Below, in pieces: positions 15,776 to 29,580 of a DNA stretch of 64,000 nt. Below the pieces are notes generated by a model. It made no database searches. It had not been told where the DNA came from and saw only the letters and a list, made by a program, of their open reading frames with translations. The stretch comes from the human T2T-CHM13v2.0 reference genome, Homo sapiens. Positions within the stretch are counted from its first letter, which is position 1, and each line of letters opens with the position of its first letter. A program made the translations under genes and the position numbers. Location of the stretch: NCBI RefSeq assembly GCF_009914755.1, contig NC_060925.1; one strand, written 5' to 3'.

Positions 15776-18369
15776 AGATTTGTGCTGTCCATGGTTTTGA
15801 TATCGTTTAGTTTAATTCTCTTAGTTTTCTTTTCTGCTTAAGTATGCGTGTCCAGGAAGAAGTAAAAATAAACTAATGATACTCTTCAGCAGCTATAAGC
15901 CTGTAATTATGGTTAACTCTTGGTTATCCATGCCACTGGGAAAATAGCACTGGAAAAATTCCCACATCAAGAATCATAAAAACATTATTTCCATCAGTCT
16001 TTGACATGCATTGTTTAGTTTTTAAGCAGCTGATTTGCCTTTTTAATTGTTTGGCTGATCAGTTAATATTTGCATTTACAGTCTTTCAATAACTGGCTGG
16101 GAAATAGAGATGGAAGGAAAGATGGAGGACTATGCCACTGGGAGAAATCCAGTTCAGAGTGAAACATTTACTTTGTACAACCTCGAAGGCAAGGCTCTGG
16201 ACAGCTGGAACATCATAGGCACTTGGAGTGTGTCAGCAAGGCCCCATGGTTTGGCCATTTCTTTTGGATGACTGCAAAGGGTAGAGATTTCCCAGTCTCC
16301 TAAACAGCCCACTCTGGTGTCCAGAATTTGTTTTCATATAAAGAAGATAACAAAGTTCTACTGGGACTGATAAGGTTCTGGGATGGAGGGAGGGCTATGT
16401 TTCCAGTCCTGTTGGGATCGGAAGTTGCTGGCTGTGCCACTGGAAACCACTGGGTGCAAATCAAAGAAAATGTGGTTTGCAATTTTGCAGTGATAGCTAG
16501 ATAATGTAGGGGGGAAGTTCCCCTTTTCCACTTCTGAAGCAAACAAATATCACATGTGGTAGATTCGGCAGCTGCATTAGTTGGAGAAAATTGATGCACA
16601 TTTCTTGTGTCAGGGAGCTGAATCCCAAAGAATGGAGCCAGCCTCCCAGAAAATGGTTTCTTTATATAGTTTCATCCATTTATTGTTTGATTGGACTTTC
16701 TGTATATTAAATTCAAGCTGTTCTGCCACTCATGGGTATTATGATGCGTTGGCTCAGTGGGAAATAATGAGGGTGATAGGATCTTACAGCATCACATTAC
16801 AAAGGAGGCGTCCCCAGCCTCATCCATCTCTCCATCAACTAGCTTGTGTATGAGGTGGCACTTATATTAAAATGATTTTTCTGATTCAGTTTAATGACAC
16901 TCATTCGAGTCCTGACACCCAGAATAAGATTACATGAGCTAAATGCAATCTTCCTCCATCCAGTCATGGTCAGCAAAGGCTCAGCTATCTTCCCTCTCCA
17001 GTCCCCATCTTCCCATACACCCATCATTTGCATTGAGCTAGTTGGAGGGAGGTAAGAGTGGGGAAAAGATGCCTGTGTTCTGGCCGGAGAAAAGCAGGCT
17101 GGACAGAGGCTGGAGTCTGAACTTGTTCTGGAGGTTGTGGCAGCTGAGCCTTCTGGCAAAAAACTTTGGATACCCAAAAGCATTGTGGGAACTCCTTCCT
17201 GCTTGTCACTAGAAGTTGGTTTGAGGTCAATACTGTGCACTTCTTCCAAATAAATTTCTGGGGGTCTGGTCCCTGTTTCCCAGATTAAAAAAAAAAAAAA
17301 CTTGGACATCACTAGAGGATGAACACTTAAGGTATGAGTATTTGGTAGAGTATCAGCTTCCTGGAAGTGGTTGGTTGTGTGCAGAGCCACCTGCCTGAGG
17401 ATAGCGGGTGGGAGGTGAGGAGACTCAGAGCTAAAAGTCTCTGCTCCTCTCCCTGATGGGAAAGAGCTCCCAGCTACAATGGAGCATGGACAAGAGCCCT
17501 GCAATGGCCTGGGACAGGAGCTCCCTCCTGGGTGGGAGAAACAAAAATACTCAAGTAATTACTGAGGGGCATTTCCCTCCTCCTGAAGATGGAAATGCTG
17601 CCTTTTATTTATACTATCTTGAGGCAGAATAATTGCTGCTCCTCAGGAGGAATCCCGGTTGTGTTTAGTGGGTGTGTTTAAAGAGGGAAACCCAAACAAA
17701 ACCAAACAGAGAGATACAGAGAGAGATTGGGATTGATTTTGAGGGATTCCAGAAAAGATCTGTGAAATGGGCACCAGCCTAGAAATCCCTTTCCAAAAAT
17801 TGCAGCAATTTGAATTGCTGAATCAGAAGACAAATTCAAAGTGATGCTCCCGGTGTGAAGCACCCAAAAGGCTCAAATCCTATGGTGTGAATTAATCTTT
17901 CCCTTCTCTGCAGCCTGAAGCCCTCTGGCTTCCTCTGCTGCAGCTATCATAGCTGCTGAGTTTTAGAGTGGCCTCTCTGTTTTCGTGTCTGTGTCAACAC
18001 TGTCCTCCTCATGGCAGGGATAACTGTGCCCAGCCACTTGCCAGGTGCTCAGTAAATGTTGCCCGGGTTGAAAGGAAAGTTCCACCCAGATACAGATGCT
18101 GCCTGCTTACTGTCAGCATCAGGCCTACTCTGAGATGCTGATGCTACAACTCAGGTGCTCTGGCTGGTTTGTTACATTCTGAGGTCTCGGCTGCCCCTGG
18201 CCTTGAAGCCATCCTGCGAGGCCTTGAGGTTTCTTCTTGTGAAATGCTTCTCCCAGGGGTAGAGAAGATCTTCAGGACTGTGTCTTCTGAGCCAGTCCCC
18301 TGTTGTGGGAGCTGGTGAAGCTTGGTGGGAGCAGGACCAACAAGCACTTCCTGAGAAAGCTTCCTGGTG

Positions 18370-19098
18370 CCTCTACATTCAAATACACGCAGAATTGCTT
18401 ACTTCTCCCATCTCCACTGCCACCACCCTCAGTCCCAGCCACCTTGATTTCTTGCCTGGATTATTGTGTTAGCTTCTCTCTTACAAGGTATTTACTATCT
18501 GGCAGCCAGAGCAATCCTTTAAAAATGCAAGTCAGTGGCTCAAAACCCTCCAGTGACTTCCCATGCCAAGCAGAGCAAAGAAAAAGTCCTTGTGGTGGTC
18601 ATGAGGACCCTACATGAGCTGCTTCCCCTGTTACCTCTCTGGCCTCATCTCCTGGTACTCTCCTGTCTCCTGCTCTTGCAGCTTGACCATTTGGACCTTC
18701 TTACTTTTTCAAGAACAGCACACCAAGGTCCCTCCTGCCTGTTGGACTTTGCCTGTTGGACTTTGCATCTGCTATTCCCTCTGCCTGGAATGCTGCTCCC
18801 CAGGCTATCCTCATTCCTTCAGGTCTCTGCTCGAATATCTGAGAGGCCCTTCTTGACATCCTAACATGAAATAGAAACTATCCCTTGCTCTGCCCAGGCC
18901 CCCACACTCAGCACTCCATACTTGTCATATCCGGCTTTAATTTTCTCTGCAACCTGATAAAATGTATTTATTTATTTGCTGTTGGGTGCTGTCCACTAGA
19001 ATGTAACCTCCACAAGATCAGAGACTATTTTCTTCTCTGCTGTATTCCCAGTGTCTAGTAGGTACTCAATAAACATTTGTTGAGTAAATAACTGAATG
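18370..19098 (+). mobile_element. L2a 3' fragment
   Basis: ctccactgccaccacc...gcagccagagcaatcctttaaaa...ctctgcctggaatgct...ctagaatgtaacctcc...gtaggtactcaataaacatttgttgagtaaat. Confidence 0.85.
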
Positions 19099-19429
19099 GA
19101 GAAAAACATCATGGGTAGAGGGGCTTACCTATGGCTCCCCTTCTCCTCCTCCCTGGCTCCAGAGTCTGCAGGAAAAAGCGTAGCCAAGTAGCCAAGAGTT
19201 GGAGGCAAACTTCCCTTGCAAGAAAGCCCCAACCCTCCTAAGCCTAAAATCAGAACCACAGAATGCCCTGCCTGGCCTCCCTATCTCCACTCTGTCCACA
19301 AATATCATGTCTGCCATGACTATATAGCTAACATTTTGATAGCACATTCATCGGTTCTCATATCGCCAGAAGATGGTTATCAAATGAGAAAACTAAAGCT
19401 GTGTAAACAAACGAACCTGTTTGAGTGAA

Positions 19430-19865
19430 CAAATACTTATTGAGACACACTATATATCAAGCTCTGTGTAAGGCATGAATCATGCATGATCTCTGGAACA
19501 GAGAGCTCACATCCTGGCGGAAAGACACATAAACAGCTGAAGTTAACAAAATGTGTCAATGACAAAACAGAGTAATGAAAGGGCTACAAGAGGAGGCAAG
19601 AGAAGTGTACCCAGCTCCTGGAGGTGACGTGGGGCTGAGTTTGAAGGATGATGTGTATCAGCCAGACACAGAAGCAGAGTGAAGGGTAGTCTCTGGAGCA
19701 CCAGAAAGAGTGCTCAAGTTCAAAGGAAGACAACTGGGTCTCATTCAATTCATGTTGCCTGTTCCTTACATTGGCTGATGTGCAATCATAGTGCCTGTGT
19801 ATTCTCAGAGGCTGCCATGCTGCCTGGAGTGTAGGAAGCACTCAATAAGTGTTGAACGAATGAAA
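19430..19865. mobile_element. L2 fragments in opposite orientations
   Basis: aaatacttattgagacacactatatatcaagctctgtg (minus) and ggaagcactcaataagtgttgaacgaatgaa (plus). Confidence 0.6.
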
Positions 19866-19915
19866 GATTCCTTGTTGAGATGCAGTTCTGCACCCTCTCT
19901 TAAGAATTTCAGCAC

Positions 19916-19965
19916 CAGAGAACTGTCAACAAAGAAATGTCAACAGAGAAATGTCAACAAAGAAA
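19916..19965 (+). repeat. 14-bp tandem repeat CA(G/A)AGAA(C/A)TGTCAA x3.5
   Basis: cagagaactgtcaa caaagaaatgtcaa cagagaaatgtcaa caaagaaa. Confidence 0.9.
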
Positions 19966-22489
19966 AGGCTTTGAGGTCGTTTGTTCCCAATAGGTGTCCT
20001 AAGATCCAAGTCCCCTAGGCAGGGGCCCACCCCCAAGTAGGTGGACACTATTAGCCAGTGTCCTGGGGCCAAGGTGCTTGGGCATTGAGAGGAGCACTGA
20101 TGGGCTCCGGAGGCAGTAGATAAAGGTGCAGATAAAATTTCAGGTATTTAAGGGTTAACAAAAGCAGATCTCAGACTGGCTCCACTTCTGGCACTGTGGG
20201 GAGGCTTATCAAGTACCCCATTCTGTGGTGTGCCTGTATTGATCTCCCAGGCTTAGTCTCCTCGCCTCTTCGAACCTCAGGCAGGCCCCTTCCAGGATTA
20301 TGTTTTAAAGTGAAATGCAAATCACCTGGAGGCGGCTTCCTGCTTGGAAGAAGTAAAAATCAATTCCGTTTTCATTAAAGTGATTTTTGGACACTGTCAA
20401 ACGCTCTCTCATCTCAGAGCATGGGGTGACAGATAGGCTGCCGGTCTCAATTACATAACTGAGACAACCAGTAGCAGTGAGCCATCTCATCGGGATCGGA
20501 CACTGCTCTGAACCCTTCCCTAGGATACCCAAGAGCAGCCTCATCAAAACCAGGCCTGGGACTGGCCTCCCATGGTCCTTGCGGATGCTCGCTTGCAAGG
20601 CTTTACTCTCACATGCTCTCCTCTTTCCCAGTCCCTCCTGAGCTTCCCCCATGGACTGTCCGGGACAATCATGATGCCAAACAAAGTCAAATGAAGTTAA
20701 GAAGGGAAATCTGCTTTGAGAGAGTTTACATCATATAATACATTCTCAAAGTAGTTAGGTTGGTCTTATTTAATATTGGGAGTTCTATGTTATCCCTTCC
20801 CTCTGTTAACTGAGATAATTGAGGATTTATTTTATTTATAGCATCAATTATGAGGATGGAAATTAAACCTCAAATGGAGCATTTGGGAACTCAGCTGTCA
20901 GGGGGCTCAAGGGAAACCTGGGCAAAGCATAAAGGGTCTTCCCCAGTAGTGCAGGAGGCTGCATAGAAAAGCCATCCTCAAGCCCTGACAGCAGCTGGGC
21001 TGTTATTGTTCTTGTGTGCTTAAGGTATTCTGAGATATTAACTAAACGGTAATAATTGGTTCCAGGAGATCCCTCCCTGGAGGACACCTGAGTAACTCAT
21101 CAACGAGGTGCTGGGAAAGCAGGCAGAGAGGGCAACCAGAGCAGGAAGAGTGAATGCCTTTACTCCACGTATCAGCTCTCTGTGCATCAGTCGGCCCTGC
21201 TCTGCAGAAGAGCTGGAGACATTCCCGCTCCAGACTGGAAATAGGAACTCAGGGAAGGACCAGGGAAGGGAGTGTCTGGAGAAAGGAAGAGGTAGATATC
21301 TGCTGTGAGCTGTTAGAAGCAACTGAATGATGGCAAGATATTGGTCCTTGGTATTCCATGGCCACTTGGACTCAAATGCCAGTGTAAAGGAAAAAATGGG
21401 CTTTCTGGAATGGTTGAACAAGGCTACAACTAACCATGAATGTGGTCAGGACAGAAACTAGCCATGGAAGAGGGAAAAGTTTCCAAGGTCACGTCAGTGA
21501 AACCTCCAGTAAAGACAAGAAGATCTCCACAGTACTGCAGGGCAGCCCAGGGAATAGATCATACACCAAGTAAAGGCTGCTCACCTCCCTCCTAGGGGAC
21601 CAGGGCTGGGGCAGAATACACATATCTGAGGGGGCTGCAGGCTGTGCAGGCTGAAATCTTAGGTCTACCTTCTAGAGAGGACAAGTAGGTCTAGAAGGGA
21701 CTGAGAATAGTATCAGGTCAAGCAAATGGAAGAGGCACTCCATTCACACTGGCTCATCCACTAAAAAGCATTTTGCCAAGTGCTTGCTATGTATAATCAA
21801 GCAACGAGCCTGGTAATGGTGTCAACTGCCAACTCAGGTCAAAGTCAAAGTAGCCTGACCCAGCAATGACCTACACTAGCTAGGAAAGAGGGAAAGAAAA
21901 AGGTTGCTTTCTCATTACTTATCTGAGTTTAAGGAAGACACTACTAAAGGTTTCCTTTCTTGCCCATTTGGTTCTCCTCCCAGAAGCTAGACATTTAAAT
22001 GCATGGGGAAGGTAAAACAAACTTGTTCATTGTCAGATGTGGGGTGAGGGAACCCACCAGGTCCACGTTCAGGGAAAGCATGCTTCTCCCTAGTGCAGGC
22101 ACCTTTCCTTTCACCCTCCAGCAGAATCTATCAGTTCCCTCCCAAGAAAGTAAAAATGAGACCAAGATACTCCACTTTGATGCTGGACTTGCCCCTTAAT
22201 CTACAGGGTGAATGACAAAAGAAGTCAGCGGTTTCCCCAGAGCATTAAAACATGGATTAATCACCATTAACTTCTAAGTCAGTATTTAAACTGCTCAGAA
22301 GGAAATGTTTTATTTTTAAAATCTCTGTGTGTCTGGTACAGTGCCTGGCATATAGTACTCATTGGGCTGATGCTTTCTTGACTGGCAATATGACTAGAAG
22401 AGAATATCACACCCTGAGGCCATAATAAAAAAGTAATAACCCTGAAGGTCTGATTTCTACCTAGGGGCCCTGATGGCATGGGAATGAGT

Positions 22490-22745
22490 AGTAGGGTGAA
22501 AGGAGAAAGGGCATGGGAGCAGCCAGATTGGTATTTGAAAATTAGTTCTGCTCCTTATCAGCTACGTGACTATGGAAGTTTATATAGTCTCTCTGAGCCT
22601 CAGCTTCTGCATCTTTATAGGGTACAGAATTTTTTCCAACCTTGCAGGGCTGTTGTAAAAACTTAAAGAGATAATATATGCAAAGTTCTTAGTACACTGC
22701 TGACATATAGTAGACAATCATATGCTGTTATACTACTAATAAAAA
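22490..22745 (+). mobile_element. MIR
   Basis: gctacgtgactatggaagtt...tctctctgagcctcagcttctgcatct...gagataatatatgcaaagttcttagtac. Confidence 0.8.
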
Positions 22746-23114
22746 GTAATGAGTAGGTGGCTATCACCATGCCTGTTTTCCTCCACATGGCTATCCTGAA
22801 GGATCTCTCTGATGTCATGAGTCCCATCAAGGGGCATCTGAGGGCACTGGGCAGTCAGAGCCACATCAGGAGCTTGACTAGAAGTGGAAGTGAGGTGTCT
22901 GGCCATGGGTGAGGTCCCCTTCAGGAAGGTGAAGGGATGGCTAGGGTCAGCCTAAAAGGGATAAAGACGACCTCTTGACAGCACAAGCTCTCCAGTCCAT
23001 TTTATCTCCAAAATACCCCACTGTGCCAAAAAGCCCACATCTGCCACCTGAGCCAAGAGAAACAAGGTCAAATGACCAAACATTCTTACCCACTCTGGGT
23101 GAGCAGCCATTTGA

Positions 23115-23118
<4 letters not shown>

Positions 23119-23152
<34 letters not shown>
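23119..23152 (+). repeat. (TG)17 microsatellite
   Basis: Perfect run. Confidence 0.95.
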
Positions 23153-23155
<3 letters not shown>

Positions 23156-24533
23156 TGGAGTGGGAGGAAGGGGCAGGGTGGTTCTGTCAGACAGATAAGA
23201 AGTAAAGGGAATGCCCCAATCAAATGTGGCCTTCACAAATGGATGGTGACACCCTTGCTCTTCCCCTTGCTACTCCCTCCCTCTTGTGTGTGGCAGAATG
23301 ACAAATGTAATCATTTTAAAAGGTCTCGTCACCTGCTCAGTCATTCCCAATAAGCATACGCAGCACTATGGAAAAACCAACACTATTGCCTCTGGGTTTT
23401 GGCCAGGAAAAAAAAAAATCAAATCACCAGGACACCACCAACCACACTGTCAAAGACAAAATAAAAAGCTTCATGAATTCTCCATCAGCAATATAACGCT
23501 TCCTAGCCTAAGCAAATATAGACCCAGTATATGAATTGTGGAGGGATTTTGCATTAGGCTCCATGGTTTCTAATAGCTGAGGCAGAAACCCCTAAGAAAT
23601 CTATGTTTCCATAAAGCCACCTTTATTGGCTATAATCCTGCTAGGGTGAAGACTGTAATCTCCTTCCTGAGCCCCCTTCCTCTGATGGAAAGCTTCACAT
23701 CCCAGCATCATGAATACATTTCTGTGACCTCAGCTGGAGAGGAGACCTCGGAGAGACGGAATTACCATGACCTCACCGAGCACCTGTCCCTCCTTCTGAT
23801 GATATTGCTGCTTCTGTGTCTGACCACATGATCCATTCAGACCATCTCACAGTCACCCAGGTCATTCAATCACTGACTCAGACTAAAAAGCAAGACTGAT
23901 ACTGCTTTAGAAAGAAAGAATAAACCACGTGCCTTACTGCGAAAAATCCAGGTTCAGAGTCACTTAGAGAAAGTCTGCTCAGAGCTACTGAACGCTTGAG
24001 TGTCTGTGGCAGCACAGGAGAAAAGCATAACAAATGGGAAAATGGCCTGCAAAATATACTACAAAGAAAAAATGCAGAAAGGATCCAAAAAGAGTGCTCT
24101 TGGTGTCTTCTGGTAATGGACATCTGAACCCTCCGAACTTCTCAACAGTCTCCTCCCTCCCCAACAACTGCCCTGACCTTCTCCCCACGCTGCCCCATAT
24201 GCGCAAATGCATATACAAATGCAGACATCACCTCACCCCGAGACTTCACACGCACACAAGGCATGGCTGAAAAAAGAATTGGTGACTTAATTTTCTTAGC
24301 TCTATAAAACACATGCCCCGACCTCAAAAAGAAAACTCAATTCCCAGCAAGCTACCACCCCCAAACAGATGACTCATGGGCTTTACCCTTCGGATAGAGC
24401 AACTTCCCCTGCCCCCAACACTTGGGTAAGGGACTCCCTCCTCCTCTACCCATGGTGACACCATCCAAGGTTTCAGAGGTCATCCAGCTGCCCTCCAACC
24501 TCCGTCCTGGTTTCATCCACCAGCGCTGACTTA

Positions 24534-25712
<1,179 letters not shown>

Positions 25713-27429
25713 CTGGGAGACAGGAGGGGAGAGAGAGAAGCGGTGAGTCCATATCGACTGGCAGGTAAGAAATGGGACACAGGAAAGGATCACTGGTGAG
25801 TGAAACGGCCAAAGTCTCCAGGGCAGATTAATAAAACTGAAATCCCCACCACAGAGAGGGGACTTGATTCTTTGCCATCCAGACACTGGGAGAACACCTA
25901 GCTCCTGGAGCTCGGCAGGGTGGGATCGCCAGATGTTGCTGACTGCCTGACAAATCGTCAAGCTCCAAGAGGGCTCAAGAGCATTTGGAGGGAAGGCCTC
26001 TTTAGCAGGAAGATCTGGCAAGACGTGGGTAATAATCAGCTCTGAAAGGTTATGGCGTTATTACCAATTTAAATTGGGAGAGGGTAGATGAGTTCTCATT
26101 AAATGAATTTAAAAGTGGGATAAACATGCTAATTTTTATTTCACTCTTTCACCCACTGGGGTAATCAGGAACGGGGTGTAGATGAGTGAGATCAGGTAAA
26201 CAATTCTTTCTACTCCTCCCTAGTGAGGAAGAGGCTGGGGCTGCCCAAGTCCAGAAAATTCTCTGAGATGGCAGGTGACCACCAGGATTGGTGAGGTTCT
26301 GTCCCCAACTCCCATGGAGAAGGCTCTCCCTGGCAAAGTGCTACTCTGAGGGACACTTAGCCCCTACTCCTTGCCCTAGCAACCTAGTATCAAATTTTTC
26401 CCCTCAGACCCTCAGAGCCATGATGGAAAGACGTGGGAAGGGTTGTGAGGCTGGGCAGGGTCTCTTTCCCTGCTCTGTGAAGGGCGTCTTGGCTTCTTGG
26501 TTCACCTGACTTCCATGCATCGTCTCTCTCCCTCCCCAGAAGAAGCCGATCCGCGCTCACTGCCGTCCCTAGATTCCTCTCCTCCCATCTCCATCTGCCC
26601 ACCATCCATAACTCCCTCAGGTTATATAACAACACTCCTTCCCATACCAGCCTCTCTCACCTGGTCCCCACTCCACCCTCAGAGATTTTTCCAGAGCCAG
26701 GCTACCCTGTCCCTTCACCTCTCTAAACCACACTGCATAAGCACTTCCCCATTACCTGTGTGGACAGAGGGAGCAATGGCACGGAGAATTATATTTGGCT
26801 TTGGGAAGCAGATTTACCTTCCCAAATCTGGCTTTTTAAAGATGATAGTGAAATCACTCTGCAGTCCCCAAATGTATACCATCTGTGGGAAGGCATGTGG
26901 TGACACGGAAACACACGTAACAGAAATTGGAAATTGTTTGGGGTTGACACACTCATCTCCACTAATCCTAAACTGATCACACAGAACAAATCCTAACTTG
27001 GAATTATTTGGGCCCTCTGGAATTCAGCTGCTGTGATTCTAAGTTTAAATAAACGAGGAAGAGGTGAGTCTTGGAAAATTTTTTCTGTTACACGAAGACT
27101 TGTAATGGGAGTCGATCTTCATCTCTCCCTATAAACCTGCTTCACCTTCTCCTGACTCCCAACTCTTTGAGTTTTTTCAGATCTCTACCTCCCTCAAACT
27201 CCTGAGCTGCCACTGGACTTTTCTGCTCAGATGCCTCTGAAGTGGACAGGTTTAAACAGAACCTGCCTCCTTGTAAAAAGCTGCTGTTCGCCTTTTCTTC
27301 ATGACGTCCCTAACTGCAGGGCTGTCACCTTGACCATTTTTCTCTAAAGAGTTGCCAAATAATAGGCAATAGTTCTTACTGCCCTCATGAAGGCCCAAAC
27401 TCCCTCTGGCCTCCTTCCCACGGGCCTTC

Positions 27430-27880
27430 TTGTCTCTCACTCTCACACCCCACCCGGTTTCTCCTATTCCCCTGAAATCCATTCTGCTCAGTGTTATCTC
27501 CCTAAAGCAAGGTTCTGATTGTATTTTACCCCACGACCTACAAAATAAAGTCCAAACTCCTTGGCCTGGCATTCCAGAATTCCCACAAATAGATCCTAGC
27601 TTCATACTCCAGCCCAATGGCCCAGGCACCCATCCTAGTATCCAGCAATAAGACCAAGACCTGTTCATGGACAGACCCTGGGGAGGTCTGCCTCTGGACC
27701 ACTCCTCCCTCTCATGAGAATATCCTTCCCCTGGACCCCTCCTATTAGAATCCTACCTATTCATCACTCTCTCTGTGATGCTTCCTCCTCTCCTCACTAT
27801 GAGATTCTCTTCTTCCTTTGGGCTCTTGACTCGTTGTTTGCCCCTCTTCCCTAGCACCTATCACCCCGCAGCTAGGATTA
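27430..27880 (+). mobile_element. L2 fragment
   Basis: aaatccattctgc...acctacaaaataaagtccaaactccttggcctggcattc. Confidence 0.65.
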
Positions 27881-27904
27881 CACACACTTTATATACATCT
27901 TAAT

Positions 27905-28330
27905 TAATAGTAATGACTAACAATTGAGCACTTACGCTATGCAAGGCATTACACTGTCTCCCATGGATTATCTCATTTAACCCTCACAGCAACCCTAGGA
28001 AGAAGAGTCTGTTGTGTCCCCCATTTCATAGATAAGGAAAGCTAAAGCTTACTGAGACATAGCAGTCTGACAACCCCAAAGTGGCAGAATAGGGATTCCA
28101 TCTCAGGCAGTCTGCTGAGGGCTGATGGTGTGCCAGGCACAGTACCACACACTTACATGGAGCGTCTCAAGAGATCCCACCGACAACCCTGAGGGGTAGA
28201 CACCACTGTAGGCCATGTTTTGCCCACAAAAGAAAGATGAAGCATAAGGAGTTGTAATAATTGTCTAAAGGATGTAATAAGTAGGCGGCGCCATTAAACC
28301 CAGGCAGTCTCAATGTGGAGTTCAAGAGTA
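27905..28330 (-). mobile_element. Two tandem MIR fragments
   Basis: ttgagcacttacgctatgcaaggc...ttatctcatttaaccctcacagcaaccct...ccccatttcatagataaggaaa; second copy from tgtgccaggcac. Confidence 0.75.
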
Positions 28331-28829
28331 CAGCCAGACCACTTCCCAACTTTCCCTATCCCACACTAAGCTCTTTCGGGCAAAGGCCGAGATGCCTCCA
28401 CTTTTGTATCACAACCCAGGAGGCAGCATAGTGAACTGCATCAGTAGGTGCTCGAGCTGGGACCCCTGGTTTTATATGTGCCATTTTTTTTCCCATCAAC
28501 TTTACTCTATGCCTTGCTAATATATTTCAGGGGTTGCCAAGGGTGAGCGTTCTCTCTCCAGAGTAAAATCTGAAGACAGATCTGAATCAGAAGAATCCAA
28601 TTCAAGTATCTGCCTCTGACTCACTCAGTCGAGTTTTCTAAAGAAGCCAATCTCTGCCTCAGTTTCCCCATCTGCATGCTAAAGGAAATTGTCACAGGTC
28701 CCTTCTCTCCCTAATAAAGGGAGGTTGAGTCAGATGCTGCAGAAGACAATAGGAATGACAATGACATTTCCCGTAAGCGTCACTGCTCAGAGAACAGAAA
28801 AACAGCACAGGCCTGATGAGCTGATTACT

Positions 28830-28857
28830 GGAACTGAGGAACTGAGGAACTGAGGAA
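28830..28857 (+). repeat. (GGAACTGA)3.5 octamer tandem
   Basis: Read directly. Confidence 0.9.
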
Positions 28858-29089
28858 AGAATGGAGGTCGTTCATGCATGGCAGTGGGTAATCCACATGC
28901 TACTGATAGAAGAGTCAGGAACACATCCTGCATTGTATTTCTTTCTAGAAGAAATTTACCCTTCTAACTATACTTTGTTTAGGATTAGGAGACTTAGTAG
29001 TTCCTCAGCATGCACTTAGCTAGGATTTATTTCTAAGGGGCAAGGGATGTTTGAGAAGCAAGCTCACAAGTTCAACTCTGTTCCAATTC

Positions 29090-29580
29090 AGAGTTGGTTA
29101 ACATTTATTGAACACTGACAATGCTCTGGACACTGTCTGAGACACTTTTACACACAACATTTAATTTATTCCCACTAAAATCCTATGATAAAGGCTTTTC
29201 TGCCCAAAGGTTACAGGTAAGGAGAAGGAAGCTCAGAAGTCTCTTTCAAAGTGGCTAAGTTCTGTGTATATGGGAGCTGACAATTTTCAAACAGACCATT
29301 GATCACCTCACTGCCAAATGGCTTTCCTGATCTAGGTGTTGCCCAATACTGATGTTCCCAAGAGAAGACAGCAAGATGCAGAGATTCCTTTCCCTGTCTT
29401 CCCCAGGCAGCAATGAGCAAGGGCTCATGAGGCCTTGCAATTCCAGTTTCAATCCCATCCTCAATTTGTGAAAGCAAGCCATGATCACCCTCTGGGCCTC
29501 AGAGTCTTCCTCTGTAAAATGAGAAGAATTGGACAGGAACATGACAAAAGACCCTTTGGCTCAAATGATCCCTGATTCCA
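29090..29580. mobile_element. MIR fragments (minus ~29090-29330, plus ~29430-29580)
   Basis: taacatttattgaacact...; ccctctgggcctcagagtcttcctctgtaaaatgagaagaattggac. Confidence 0.65.

Noticed and set aside
16839-17504. 221-aa minus-strand ORF
   Set aside because: Non-ATG start, no recognisable domain, crosses a homopolymer run; consistent with chance in 64 kb.
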